Part shown: positions 36,866 through 46,062 of the stretch, one piece after another
How positions within the stretch are numbered: position 1 is the first letter of the stretch
How the letters are laid out: each line of letters begins with the position of its first letter
DNA from: an uncultured Collinsella sp.
Lineage (GTDB): Bacteria; Actinomycetota; Coriobacteriia; Coriobacteriales; Coriobacteriaceae
DNA length: 64,000 nt
NCBI GenBank assembly: GCA_900765115.1
Contig: CAAFQK010000109.1
Location: 4,421-68,420 of the forward strand
Direction of reading: 5' to 3'
Notes under the pieces: generated by a model
What the model was told of the DNA's origin: nothing
Seen by the model: the letters and a program-made list of their open reading frames with translations, nothing else
Databases searched by the model: none
Position numbers and translations under genes: made by a program

Positions 36866-37354
36866 CTAGAGAATCTCGTCTGCATCTTCCTGCAATACCC
36901 TACCGTATTCAAAGACCCCCGCCAACGCAAAGAAAACGAGTCCGTAAGAAAGCGATTGAAAATCAAACTCGGGAAACACGGGCTCAGCCGTTCCAAGAAC
37001 ATTGCTGTATGGTAATTGAATCGTCGGCCATATGATGCTGATGACGGCTTTTACCGACATCAGGAGGCCAGCCGCGACCAAAATCCTGGTCTGCCACTTA
37101 CCAAAAGGACGACCCTCATGCCTGACTTTCGCCGTCAGAATCGTAAACAGGAGAAACGTTGCAGCGTCGCAAAGCGTGCTAACCATAAACAAGAGCAGAA
37201 ATCCGCCGCTCACCGCAGAGATACCCTCGATGAGCAACAGGTTCGCAAGATGAACGAACAACACCACGCAACATAGCGCTTGAACCGCCAGGGCGATACA
37301 GAAGATTGTCAGAAAACTCGTCGTCAACCGCAGATGTATATCGCGATCTTTCAT
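36866..37354 (-). CDS. DUF2975-like membrane protein
   Basis: Four TM helices; GRPF and FEYGRVLQEDADEIL end; typical pairing with the HTH gene. Confidence 0.75.
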   Translation of the reverse strand: MKDRDIHLRLTTSFLTIFCIALAVQALCCVVLFVHLANLLLIEGISAVSGGFLLLFMVSTLCDAATFLLFTILTAKVRHEGRPFGKWQTRILVAAGLLMSVKAVISIIWPTIQLPYSNVLGTAEPVFPEFDFQSLSYGLVFFALAGVFEYGRVLQEDADEIL

Positions 37355-37515
37355 TTCTCCTCCTTTTTTCCTTATTTCCCTGCGTTCATTGTACTTTTCA
37401 ATCCAACCGCTCTCGCTCAAAACCATTTACCAGCAAATCAATACCGTTCATTTTTAAAACTCTTTATTTAATGTTTTATATAAAGTAATTTACCTTTATA
37501 GAGTTTGGAGGACCC

Positions 37516-37950
37516 ATGAGAAAGCAAGCCGTCCTTATCCTTATCTTATCGCTGTCCCTTTTCGCCCTCTTCTCGTCAGTACGAACCAATTCCGATCCAA
37601 TCAATATCTCATTGCCCGAATTTCGATCGAAATTAAGCAGAGGCGAATCTTTTATCGTGCAAATTGAGCTGGAGGGCTGCCCGGCCTGTGAAGAGCTCCG
37701 TGCGGCAGAACGCTCGCTTTCGCCGAGTCTCAAGAACGACATCGAGATCCTCGTTGTCCCTAAGAGCCAAAAGGAGGTTGATAGGGAAACACTTAAGGCG
37801 CTTCTGCCGTCATTCGAGTTTTATCCTTCAATTTTTGCCATCTCTGAAGGAAAGATAGCGTCCGAGTTCGACCTTTCCACGCTTGATTCGTTTGAAATGC
37901 GTTTCACGGATTGGAGGCTGAATCTGAACAACACAGCAATGTCAAGCTAA
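37516..37950 (+). CDS. Exported thioredoxin-like protein (CPAC)
   Basis: N-terminal signal/TM; GCPAC and cis-Pro motif YP; GGAGG RBS. Confidence 0.75.
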   Translation: MRKQAVLILILSLSLFALFSSVRTNSDPINISLPEFRSKLSRGESFIVQIELEGCPACEELRAAERSLSPSLKNDIEILVVPKSQKEVDRETLKALLPSFEFYPSIFAISEGKIASEFDLSTLDSFEMRFTDWRLNLNNTAMSS

Positions 37951-37967
37951 ATGTCAGGAGGATACAC

Positions 37968-38465
37968 ATGCTACGCAACGTTCCCGTAAGCCGTAAGTCA
38001 TTCATCGCAAGCGCAGTTGCGCTTTGCTCAATTGCCATTTCACCAAAGCAATCTAAGGCGCAACCTCTTGAAGTAGAGTTCCCTTCTGCCGAAGAGTACA
38101 TTGAAGCTGTCAATGAGTCCGGCACAGGATGGACGACATACGCACTAGATGAAAACGGAGATGTCCAAATTATCGATCGATTCCAGACCCTGTCTTTGGA
38201 TGATTTAGCAGCTGCCACACGCGGCGCTAAAGAATGGATCGTCAAAATTGCCATTTTTATTGGAAAAGAACTCATCGGCTATGTAACGGGGCTTGTAATC
38301 GACGGACTGATTAAGAAGATCATAAGCAAAACCGGAGGTTATTGGCCTGAGTATGCAGCAAAGCAACTCCTTGGACACCCCGTACCCGCAGGCAACGCGT
38401 ACCGTCTACCTTGCAGCGTCTATCCCCCCAACTCCGGAGAATACATTCGTTGTATAAATAGTTAG
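37968..38465 (+). CDS. Secreted prepro-protein, bacteriocin-like candidate (165 aa)
   Basis: AGGAGG RBS; signal peptide; acidic middle; amphipathic C-terminal half ending in a Cys pair. Confidence 0.6.
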   Translation: MLRNVPVSRKSFIASAVALCSIAISPKQSKAQPLEVEFPSAEEYIEAVNESGTGWTTYALDENGDVQIIDRFQTLSLDDLAAATRGAKEWIVKIAIFIGKELIGYVTGLVIDGLIKKIISKTGGYWPEYAAKQLLGHPVPAGNAYRLPCSVYPPNSGEYIRCINS

Positions 38466-38474
38466 GATACGGCT

Positions 38475-38804
38475 ATGTTGCCAGTCATCATTGCCCCCGT
38501 AATTGGTGTATGGGGCATCCAGTATTTCCTCAACAAGAAGTGGCTCTGGGGCATTGGGTGCATAGCGATAACATTAATATGCTATTTCCTTAGCCTTATT
38601 GTCAAAGCATGCTGGCCGAGTGCCATCTCTTTTGGAATTGCTCTTCTCAGCTCGGTCCAGCTATATGGAAGCAAAAAGGGTTTGTCCTTCTTTAGTGCCC
38701 TGATATCGGCTCCGCTACCTCTGCAAATCTACTGGGGAATTATGGCCGTCATCGTTCTCTTTATGCCTCAAATCCCCTTCAGCGACGTTCCCGGCTTCTC
38801 CTAA
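38475..38804 (+). CDS. Small multi-pass membrane protein (immunity candidate)
   Basis: 109 aa, about four hydrophobic segments, starts 9 nt after the previous stop. Confidence 0.6.
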   Translation: MLPVIIAPVIGVWGIQYFLNKKWLWGIGCIAITLICYFLSLIVKACWPSAISFGIALLSSVQLYGSKKGLSFFSALISAPLPLQIYWGIMAVIVLFMPQIPFSDVPGFS

Positions 38805-38867
38805 CGCGTCGCCGATTCAACCCCATACAATCCAGTTCACAAAAAGAGTCGGTCGAGCAAATGCTCT

Positions 38868-38902
38868 AAAAAAGAGCTGGCCGGGCAAAGCCCGACCAGC
38901 TC
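38868..38902 (-). terminator. Terminator after the P-type ATPase
   Basis: GAGCTGGCCGGGC/GCCCGACCAGCTC with A6 on the left. Confidence 0.75.
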
Positions 38903-38961
38903 ACATACTTTCCCTCAGCCCTTTTCATCCGCACGGGAGAAAAGCCAGCAAGGATAGCGCA

Positions 38962-39049
38962 GGGTCCGCCCCGGAAGCCCTTTCTCCCGAACGATCCCGC
39001 AGCGCGAAGCGCGAGGACCAGTGAGGGAGAAAGGGCGTGGGGCGGGCCC
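38962..39049. repeat. Long imperfect palindrome (REP/MITE-like)
   Basis: GGGTCCGCCCC..GCCCTTTCTCCC..GCGCGAAGCGC..GGGAGAAAGGGC..GGGGCGGGCCC. Confidence 0.6.
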
Positions 39050-39060
39050 GGACGAGAGCG

Positions 39061-41742
39061 TTACTCCTTCTCGACCGCGCGCATGATCGCCTTGTAGATC
39101 TCCATCAACGGGATGATCAGGAAGGCCAGACCCAGCGCGGCAAGAACGCCCTTGAGCTCAAGCGTCACAGGGCCAAAGAACATCTCGGCAAGCGTCGGCT
39201 GCACGGTCACGATCACCGTCAGCACCAGCGCCAGCGCAGCGGAAGCCCACAGCCACTTGTTCTGCTTCTTCATGGTGAACAGCGACGCACGACGGCTGCG
39301 CATATTGAAGCAGTGGAAAATCTCGACCATGTTGAGCGTGATGAACGCCATCATCACGCCTTCCTCGTCGGCATTGCCGGCGATCATATCAGCGATGTGA
39401 ATGTAGCCCATGTCAAAGTACACGCCCACAAAGAAGCTCGCCAGCACCAGCACGGTGATGATCAGACCCTGGACCACGCAGTCCAGACCCATATGTCCGG
39501 CGAAGACACCGTCCTTAGCGTTGCGCGGCTTGCGCTTCATAATGTCGCCCTCGGCGTCCTCCATGCCCAGCGCGAGCGCGGGGAAACAGTCGGTAACCAG
39601 GTTCACCCACAGCAGCTGCACCGGCTGGAAGATGGTAAAGCCGATGAGCGTGGCGATAAACACCGAGAAGACCTCGGCAAGGTTTGCCGAAAGCAGGAAC
39701 TGGATGACCTTGCGGATGTTGTCGTAGATGCGACGGCCCTCTTCGCAGGCACCGATGATGGTGGCGAAGTTGTCGTCGGCGAGCACCATGTCGGCAACGT
39801 TCTTGGTGACGTCGGTACCGGTGATGCCCATGCCCACGCCGATGTCGGCACGCTTGATGGACGGGGCGTCGTTGACGCCGTCGCCCGTCATGGCCACGAT
39901 CTGGTCGCGCGACTTCCAAGCCTCGACGATGCGGGTCTTATGCTCGGGCTGAACGCGGGCGTACACGCCGTAGTCCTCGATGTGCGCGTCGAGCTCCTCG
40001 TCGCTCATGCGATCGAGGTCGGCACCGGTGATGGCATGGCTGCGATCGGTGACGATGCCCAGCTGCTTGGCGATGGCCACGGCGGTGTCGATGTGGTCGC
40101 CCGTAATCATGACGGTGCGGATACCGGCGTCGTGCGCCTCGCGGATGGCGTCGGCGACCTCGGGGCGGACCGGGTCAATCATGCCGGACAGGCCGCAGAA
40201 GACCAGGTCATGCTCGAGCGCGGCGGGGCTGCAGTCGGCCGGGACCTCGGTGTAGGTGCGGCTCGCCAGCGCCAGCACGCGCAGGGCCTCGTCGGCCATG
40301 GCCTTGTTGGCGGCCACGAGCTCGGCGCGACGCTCCTCGGTCAGGGGGACAACCTTGTCGCCCTCGTAGATATGGGTACACAGGCCGATCACCACGTCGG
40401 GCGCGCCCTTGGTGTACTGCTCGTACTCGCCGTCCAGGGTCTCGACGACCACGGACATCATCTTGCGGCCCGAGTCAAACGGGGCCTCGCCCACGCGCGG
40501 ATGCTCGGCAGTCAGGCCAGTGAGCCCCGCCTTGCCGGCATCGTTGACGAGCGCACACTCGGTCGGCTCACCCACAGCCTCGCCCAGTTCCTCGTCCCAC
40601 TGGGCGTCGGAGCACAGAGCCATGCCGGCCAGGAACTTCTCCTTAGGCGCAGCGAGCTCGTGCTTGACGACGGTCATCTTGTTCTGGGTGAGGGTACCGG
40701 TCTTGTCGGAGCAGATGGTCTGTGTGCAGCCAAGGGTCTCGACGGCGGAAAGCTTGCGGATGATTGCCTGGCGCTTGGCCATCTTGGTCACGCCAAGCGA
40801 CAGCACGATGGTCACGACGGCGACCAGGCCCTCGGGGATGGCAGCGACGGCGAGCGAGACGGCGACCATAAAGGTATCGAGCAAGGCTGTCGGGTCGGTG
40901 AGGACGTTGCCCACGCCGTGACGGATGATGTCGACGCCAAAGATGACGACGCAGATGACGATAACCATGATGGTAAGGATGCGGCTGAGCTCGGCGAGCT
41001 TCACCTGCAGCGGCGTGAGCTCTTCCTTGGCCTCGGCCAGGGCGCCGGCGATCTTGCCCATCTCGGTGTTCATACCGGTGCCGACCACGACGGCGCGACC
41101 GCGGCCGTATACCACGGTGGAACCCATGTAGCACATGTTCTTGCGGTCGCCGAGCGGCACGTCGTCGATGCCGGCGGCGAGCTCAATGACGTTGGCATGC
41201 TTCTCGACGGGCACGGACTCGCCGGTAAGGGCGGCCTCCTCGATCTTCATCGTGGCGCTCTCGAGCACACGGCAGTCGGCCGGGACGGAGTCGCCCGCCT
41301 CGAGCATGATCACATCGCCGGGCACGAGCTCGGCGCTCGGCAGGTGCACGAGCTTGCCGTCGCGCAGCACCTTGGACTGCGCCGCGCTCATCTCCTGCAG
41401 GGCCTCGAGGGCCTCCTCGCTTTTAGCCTCCTGAACCACGCCCAGCACCGAGTTGACGATAACGACGAACATGATGATGGCGACATCGGCAAAGTCCGCC
41501 TCGCCCTTGACCATGCCCGTGAGCGCGCTGATGACGGCGGCAACGATCAGCATGATAACCATGGGGTCGGCCATCTGCTCAAAGAAGCGCTTCCACAACG
41601 GCGTCTTCTCGGCTTCCTCGAGCTTGTTAGGGCCTGTCTTGGCGAGGCGCGACGACGCCTCGTCGTTGCTCAGGCCGAGGTTCTCATCGACACCTTGGTC
41701 GCTGAGTACCTCCGCCGCGGCGGACAGGTATTCCTTTTGCAT
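39061..41742 (-). CDS. P-type cation-transporting ATPase (type IIA, Ca2+-like)
   Basis: TGES, IPEGL, DKTGTLT, KGAPD and GDGVND motifs. Confidence 0.95.
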   Translation of the reverse strand: MQKEYLSAAAEVLSDQGVDENLGLSNDEASSRLAKTGPNKLEEAEKTPLWKRFFEQMADPMVIMLIVAAVISALTGMVKGEADFADVAIIMFVVIVNSVLGVVQEAKSEEALEALQEMSAAQSKVLRDGKLVHLPSAELVPGDVIMLEAGDSVPADCRVLESATMKIEEAALTGESVPVEKHANVIELAAGIDDVPLGDRKNMCYMGSTVVYGRGRAVVVGTGMNTEMGKIAGALAEAKEELTPLQVKLAELSRILTIMVIVICVVIFGVDIIRHGVGNVLTDPTALLDTFMVAVSLAVAAIPEGLVAVVTIVLSLGVTKMAKRQAIIRKLSAVETLGCTQTICSDKTGTLTQNKMTVVKHELAAPKEKFLAGMALCSDAQWDEELGEAVGEPTECALVNDAGKAGLTGLTAEHPRVGEAPFDSGRKMMSVVVETLDGEYEQYTKGAPDVVIGLCTHIYEGDKVVPLTEERRAELVAANKAMADEALRVLALASRTYTEVPADCSPAALEHDLVFCGLSGMIDPVRPEVADAIREAHDAGIRTVMITGDHIDTAVAIAKQLGIVTDRSHAITGADLDRMSDEELDAHIEDYGVYARVQPEHKTRIVEAWKSRDQIVAMTGDGVNDAPSIKRADIGVGMGITGTDVTKNVADMVLADDNFATIIGACEEGRRIYDNIRKVIQFLLSANLAEVFSVFIATLIGFTIFQPVQLLWVNLVTDCFPALALGMEDAEGDIMKRKPRNAKDGVFAGHMGLDCVVQGLIITVLVLASFFVGVYFDMGYIHIADMIAGNADEEGVMMAFITLNMVEIFHCFNMRSRRASLFTMKKQNKWLWASAALALVLTVIVTVQPTLAEMFFGPVTLELKGVLAALGLAFLIIPLMEIYKAIMRAVEKE

Positions 41743-41749
41743 ATAGAGT

Positions 41750-41853
41750 CCCCTCCTGGGATTCGGGCCACTCAGCAGATTGATGCCCGATCATAATTCC
41801 CAGGAGAAGGGCAAGGGCTCATCAAGGCTGCCGTGCTGAGCGGCAGTTGATAG
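41750..41853 (-). promoter_or_regulatory. Structured 5' UTR: two hairpins with complementary loops, RBS sequestered
   Basis: See findings; TACCAT -10 at 41861-41866. Confidence 0.6.
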
Positions 41854-42184
41854 TGGGGCTATGGTACCCCAAAGCGGCGCGTCTAGCCAAAACATTCCAA
41901 TTGGAAACACGGCTCGAGTGCAACGATGCAGACCGTGTGATGCTCAACATTGATAAAACGTTTTTTCTTCGGTGCATCATCAAACTGAAATATCGCCCAG
42001 ATAGCAGCGGTTAGAACGGTTGGTAAAGTTTTTGCATATACCGTTTTTACCGCAAAAAATGAACTTCTAATTCGGCATACGGTCGATTTTTTGGGGTATT
42101 CGGTCGGCATTTCGTTATAATCATCTCAGTTTTATTTCTTATGGTTTATCTATCAGCGCAAGACGATGTCAGATGGAGGTCTGA

Positions 42185-43645
42185 ATGTACAAGCGCACCA
42201 AGATTGTATGCACCATGGGTCCCGCCTGCGATAGCGACGAGACCATCCGCGAGATGATCAAGGCGGGCATGAACGTCGCCCGTTTTAACTTCTCGCACGG
42301 ATCCTACGACGAGCACCACGGTCGCATCGAGCGCGTCCGTCGTATTTCCAAGGAGCTCGGTCTGCCCGTCGGCATCCTGCTCGACACCAAGGGCCCCGAG
42401 GTCCGCACCGGCCTTCTGGTCGATGGCAAGAAGGTTGCCGTCAAGACCGGCGATAAGATCGTCGTCACCGCTCAGCCCACGTCCGAGGATTTCCACGGCA
42501 CCGCTGAGCACATCTCCCTCGACTACCTGGCTCTGCCCTCCGAGGTCGAGAAGGGCTCCCTTATCCTGATCGATGACGGTCTGGTTGCCCTCGAGGTCGA
42601 GTCCGTCGACGGCCAGGACATGACCTGCGTCGTTAAGAACGACGGCCTGATCGGCGAGCGCAAGGGCGTCAACATGCCCAACGTCAACATCTCGCTGCCC
42701 GCCATCACCGAGCGCGATCGTCAGGACATCCTCTTTGGCCTGACCGAGAACATCGACTACATCGCCGCTTCCTTCATCCGTGACGGCGAGTCCGTCCGCG
42801 GCATCCGCGAGCTTTGCCGCGAGAACGGCGGCGAGCACGTGACGATCTTCCCGAAGATCGAGTGCGCCCTGGGCGTCGAGAACTTCGACGAGATTCTCGA
42901 GGCTTCCGACGGCATCATGGTCGCCCGTGGCGACCTGGGCATCGAGATCAAGCCCGAGCTCGTTCCGCACATCCAGAAGGAGATCATCGCCAAGTGCAAC
43001 GCGGCCTACAAGCCCGTTATCACCGCTACGCAGATGCTCGACTCCATGCAGCAGAACCCGCGCCCGACGCGCGCCGAGGTTGCCGACGTTGCTAACGCCA
43101 TCTACGACGGCACCGACGCCGTTATGCTCTCTGGCGAGTCCGCTGCCGGTAAGTACCCGGTCGAGGCCGTCAAGATGCAGGCCAGCATTGCTCTCGAGAC
43201 TGAGAAGTACCTCCCGGCTCACGCTCCGCTCGAGGTTCCGGCTGACGCTCACGGCACCCGCGTCGTCAACAACGTTGTGGGTATGTCCGCTGTGAACATG
43301 GCTACCACCGTTGGCGCCAAGTGCATCACCGTGCCGACGACCACCGGTCGTACCGCTCGCCTGATCTCGCACTTCCGTCCCAACATGCCGATCTGCGCGT
43401 TCTCCCGCCACGAGTGGGCCGTCCAGCAGATGATTATGTACTGGGGCGTTATCCCGCACCAGGCCGAGATTACCCAGGGCACCGTCAACGGCACGATCGT
43501 CAAGGCGATCGAGACCGCTAAGGAGCTCGGCTACGTCGAGGCCGGCGATCTGACCGTCGCTACCGCCGGCGATCCCCGCATGAGCGTCCAGCTCGAGGAC
43601 AAGGTCTCCTCGACCAACGTCGCTTACGTCGCTCAGGTGCGCTAA
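42185..43645 (+). CDS. pyk: Pyruvate kinase
   Basis: RTKIVCTMGP, NFSHG, DTKGPE and IMVARGDLG motifs. Confidence 0.97.
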   Translation: MYKRTKIVCTMGPACDSDETIREMIKAGMNVARFNFSHGSYDEHHGRIERVRRISKELGLPVGILLDTKGPEVRTGLLVDGKKVAVKTGDKIVVTAQPTSEDFHGTAEHISLDYLALPSEVEKGSLILIDDGLVALEVESVDGQDMTCVVKNDGLIGERKGVNMPNVNISLPAITERDRQDILFGLTENIDYIAASFIRDGESVRGIRELCRENGGEHVTIFPKIECALGVENFDEILEASDGIMVARGDLGIEIKPELVPHIQKEIIAKCNAAYKPVITATQMLDSMQQNPRPTRAEVADVANAIYDGTDAVMLSGESAAGKYPVEAVKMQASIALETEKYLPAHAPLEVPADAHGTRVVNNVVGMSAVNMATTVGAKCITVPTTTGRTARLISHFRPNMPICAFSRHEWAVQQMIMYWGVIPHQAEITQGTVNGTIVKAIETAKELGYVEAGDLTVATAGDPRMSVQLEDKVSSTNVAYVAQVR

Positions 43646-43673
43646 AACGCACTTGCAAGCATACTTGCATTGC

Positions 43674-43710
43674 AAAGGGCCCGGAAGGCTTCGCCTTCCG
43701 GGCCCTTTTT
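43674..43710 (+). terminator. Terminator after pyk
   Basis: GGGCCCGGAAGGC-TTC-GCCTTCCGGGCCC-TTTTT. Confidence 0.9.
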
Positions 43711-44063
43711 CTGTGCCAATGCCGCCGCACGGCAAAACACGCACTCATTTCTTTACCAAAAGCGCGAAATCCACCCTTCGAGGCCCAAAAAATAAAGCCC
43801 CAAGCGCTAAAAGTGTTCGCCCGGTGGCAAACCCACACCTCACACAGGGCTGATAAATCGTTTTAGCAAGAGTCAGATCGACCTGGTTTTCGGAAGTGCG
43901 GGGAAAAATTGCTTACCCCCGAGCACAAGCCCTTTTATTTCAACAAAACCCCTGATAAAGTTGGCTCAAATACCGCTTGTGCTTTGCCTGTTTGTCTTTT
44001 TCCCCGCACTTCCGAAACCGATAGCCTTTCTAGCCCAAACAACGCTCGAACGATCGGATTGCC

Positions 44064-45137
44064 ATGTCATTTCTCGCTTGCGGACCCACAGCTTTTCAGT
44101 ACTATCGCATCCCGCCCCAGATACTAGGACTCTATCCGGCAATCCTGCCGCCCGACCATGACCATCGCTTGGTGCATTACTCAAAACAACCAGTATTTAA
44201 AGACTTGCTCGGCACACCAGTTTGGAGATTCGTGGGCGAAAGAAAACAGCGCGCGAACGGAAAGCTATTTCATAGCCGTCTGCTAACCCAAGAGCCGCCT
44301 CCTGGGTCGTTTAGGCAGACTGAGCATGGGTTTGATGTCACGTCCCCGGAGTTCACACTGCTCAACCTTGCTACGCAGGTCTCGCGCAACCAGTTACTCA
44401 TGGCTTGCTACGAGATGTGCGGCTCCTTTGCAGTGTTCACGCCTTGTAAACGGGCGCAGCAGCAGCTCGATGAAGCAATTTCGCTTAAGCTCATTCCGCC
44501 CGACTGTGGTTGGAAACGCGTTGTCGACACCAAGGGCAATGACACCAACCTGTGGAAGCGCCCACCGCTCCTCAGCGCAGCGGATATCGCCGCGTTCGCC
44601 AAGCAGGCCGCAGGCCTGCGCGGCGTTAAACAACTGCGCTGGGCAGCCGAGCACATGACGGGGCAGACCGCCTCACCCTTCGAAGTACAGACCTCCATGC
44701 TTGTCTCGCTCCCCCGCGACGAGGGCGGCATGGGCATCAACATCGCAAACAACGTGCGCATCCCACTCAGCGACGCCGCACGCTCACTGTATGACAAAAC
44801 CTGCTGCTACGCCGATATCCTCATAGAGAGCAACATCGACAGCATGGGCGTCATTTTGGAATGCCAAGGCCGCTCCGCCCATGACAGCGAAGCCGCAAGT
44901 CTCTCCGATGCCGAGCGCACCACCGCCCTCACAAGCATGGGCTATGACGTTATCCAGATAACCTATGAGCAAATCAAGGACACGAAGAGCTTTAACAACA
45001 TCGCCGAGCTCATTCATAAAAAGGCGGGGCTCCCCTACATCCCAAAGACCGATCAGGAACGCACCGCCGCAGAAACCCTGCGACGGGAGCTGTTGGTCAA
45101 TTGGGATGAACTGTTCTCCGTTAAGCCGGCCGGCTAG
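44064..45137 (+). CDS. Hypothetical protein with a C-terminal DUF559/Vsr-like nuclease-fold domain
   Basis: VTSPEFTL, ASPFE, YAD..ILECQG..H and D.ER..AL..MGY.V..IT motifs. Confidence 0.6.
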   Translation: MSFLACGPTAFQYYRIPPQILGLYPAILPPDHDHRLVHYSKQPVFKDLLGTPVWRFVGERKQRANGKLFHSRLLTQEPPPGSFRQTEHGFDVTSPEFTLLNLATQVSRNQLLMACYEMCGSFAVFTPCKRAQQQLDEAISLKLIPPDCGWKRVVDTKGNDTNLWKRPPLLSAADIAAFAKQAAGLRGVKQLRWAAEHMTGQTASPFEVQTSMLVSLPRDEGGMGINIANNVRIPLSDAARSLYDKTCCYADILIESNIDSMGVILECQGRSAHDSEAASLSDAERTTALTSMGYDVIQITYEQIKDTKSFNNIAELIHKKAGLPYIPKTDQERTAAETLRRELLVNWDELFSVKPAG

Positions 45138-45982
45138 CAGCTAGCGATCAGAGGGACTGCGGGAACGTCAGAAGCGGCAACGCGAGCCGCAAAGCCCGCT
45201 TCGGTCAGCTCGATGACCTCAGTAAACGTTGCGTCAAAGAATTTCTCGGTTAGCAAGCGATACGGCGGATGATCGGGCTCGCCGGGGTTTTCGCGTACAA
45301 TCTCGTGCATGACGCCGATGGTCTTGAGCACATATTCTTTATGGATGGGATACTGACCAAAACGCGCCGCAGCAGTATACAGGCGATCGGTCGCGCGCGG
45401 AATCGAAACAATGCCGAGCGTCTTGCCAAACCAGTCAAAGTCGCCTTGCTTTTTAATGCGGAACTCCTCGCACGGCTTGCCGCCGTGCGCCTCCAGGTAC
45501 TGATTCACGCGCGTATTCCATACGGTATCGGCCACCAGATGCGACCAGACACCCAGTGTCAAATCGAGCAACGACTGCGCCACGTCCTCGGACGCAAGCG
45601 AGAACTCACGAGCGCCGGGACCGACAACCGGCTCAGCATCCCTGTAGCGCTGGGGATAGTGCACGCGATTCAGTCGCTCGCGCTCCTCGATAATCGAGGT
45701 CGCCGCGGCTGGCGCACCGGTGGGCGAACTTTTAAGCAACGGTGCCACATAGGTATCCCAGAACTCATGCTCACGAGGCTTAGGGATAGGCTCGGGCTTT
45801 GCAAAGTGCGTAATGCGATACGGAATGGGATCAGCGATACCGGGAACCATATAGCCCACAAAAATGTCCGGAACCACGCAGCCAAACAAAAAGGCATTGC
45901 GGTCACGAACGCTATCGGCAAGCAGACCAGCACGCGCCAGCAAGCGCTCCGTTTGAGCGATATGAATGTTCCAACTTGGCAT
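45134..45982 (-). CDS. Zn-dependent phospholipase C-like metal-binding protein
   Basis: MP...H, G...PD, HF and HLVAD metal-binding motifs. Confidence 0.6.
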   Translation of the reverse strand: MPSWNIHIAQTERLLARAGLLADSVRDRNAFLFGCVVPDIFVGYMVPGIADPIPYRITHFAKPEPIPKPREHEFWDTYVAPLLKSSPTGAPAAATSIIEERERLNRVHYPQRYRDAEPVVGPGAREFSLASEDVAQSLLDLTLGVWSHLVADTVWNTRVNQYLEAHGGKPCEEFRIKKQGDFDWFGKTLGIVSIPRATDRLYTAAARFGQYPIHKEYVLKTIGVMHEIVRENPGEPDHPPYRLLTEKFFDATFTEVIELTEAGFAARVAASDVPAVPLIASC

Positions 45983-46062
45983 AGCCACCCCCATAAAAAA
46001 CCTGGATAACTATACCATCACGGCAAAGCCGCGCGGGCGGCTACGCACGCTCTACGCAGCAA

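Noticed and set aside
39037..41796. 919-aa plus-strand ORF
   Set aside because: Antisense shadow of the P-type ATPase caused by GC-rich codon bias.
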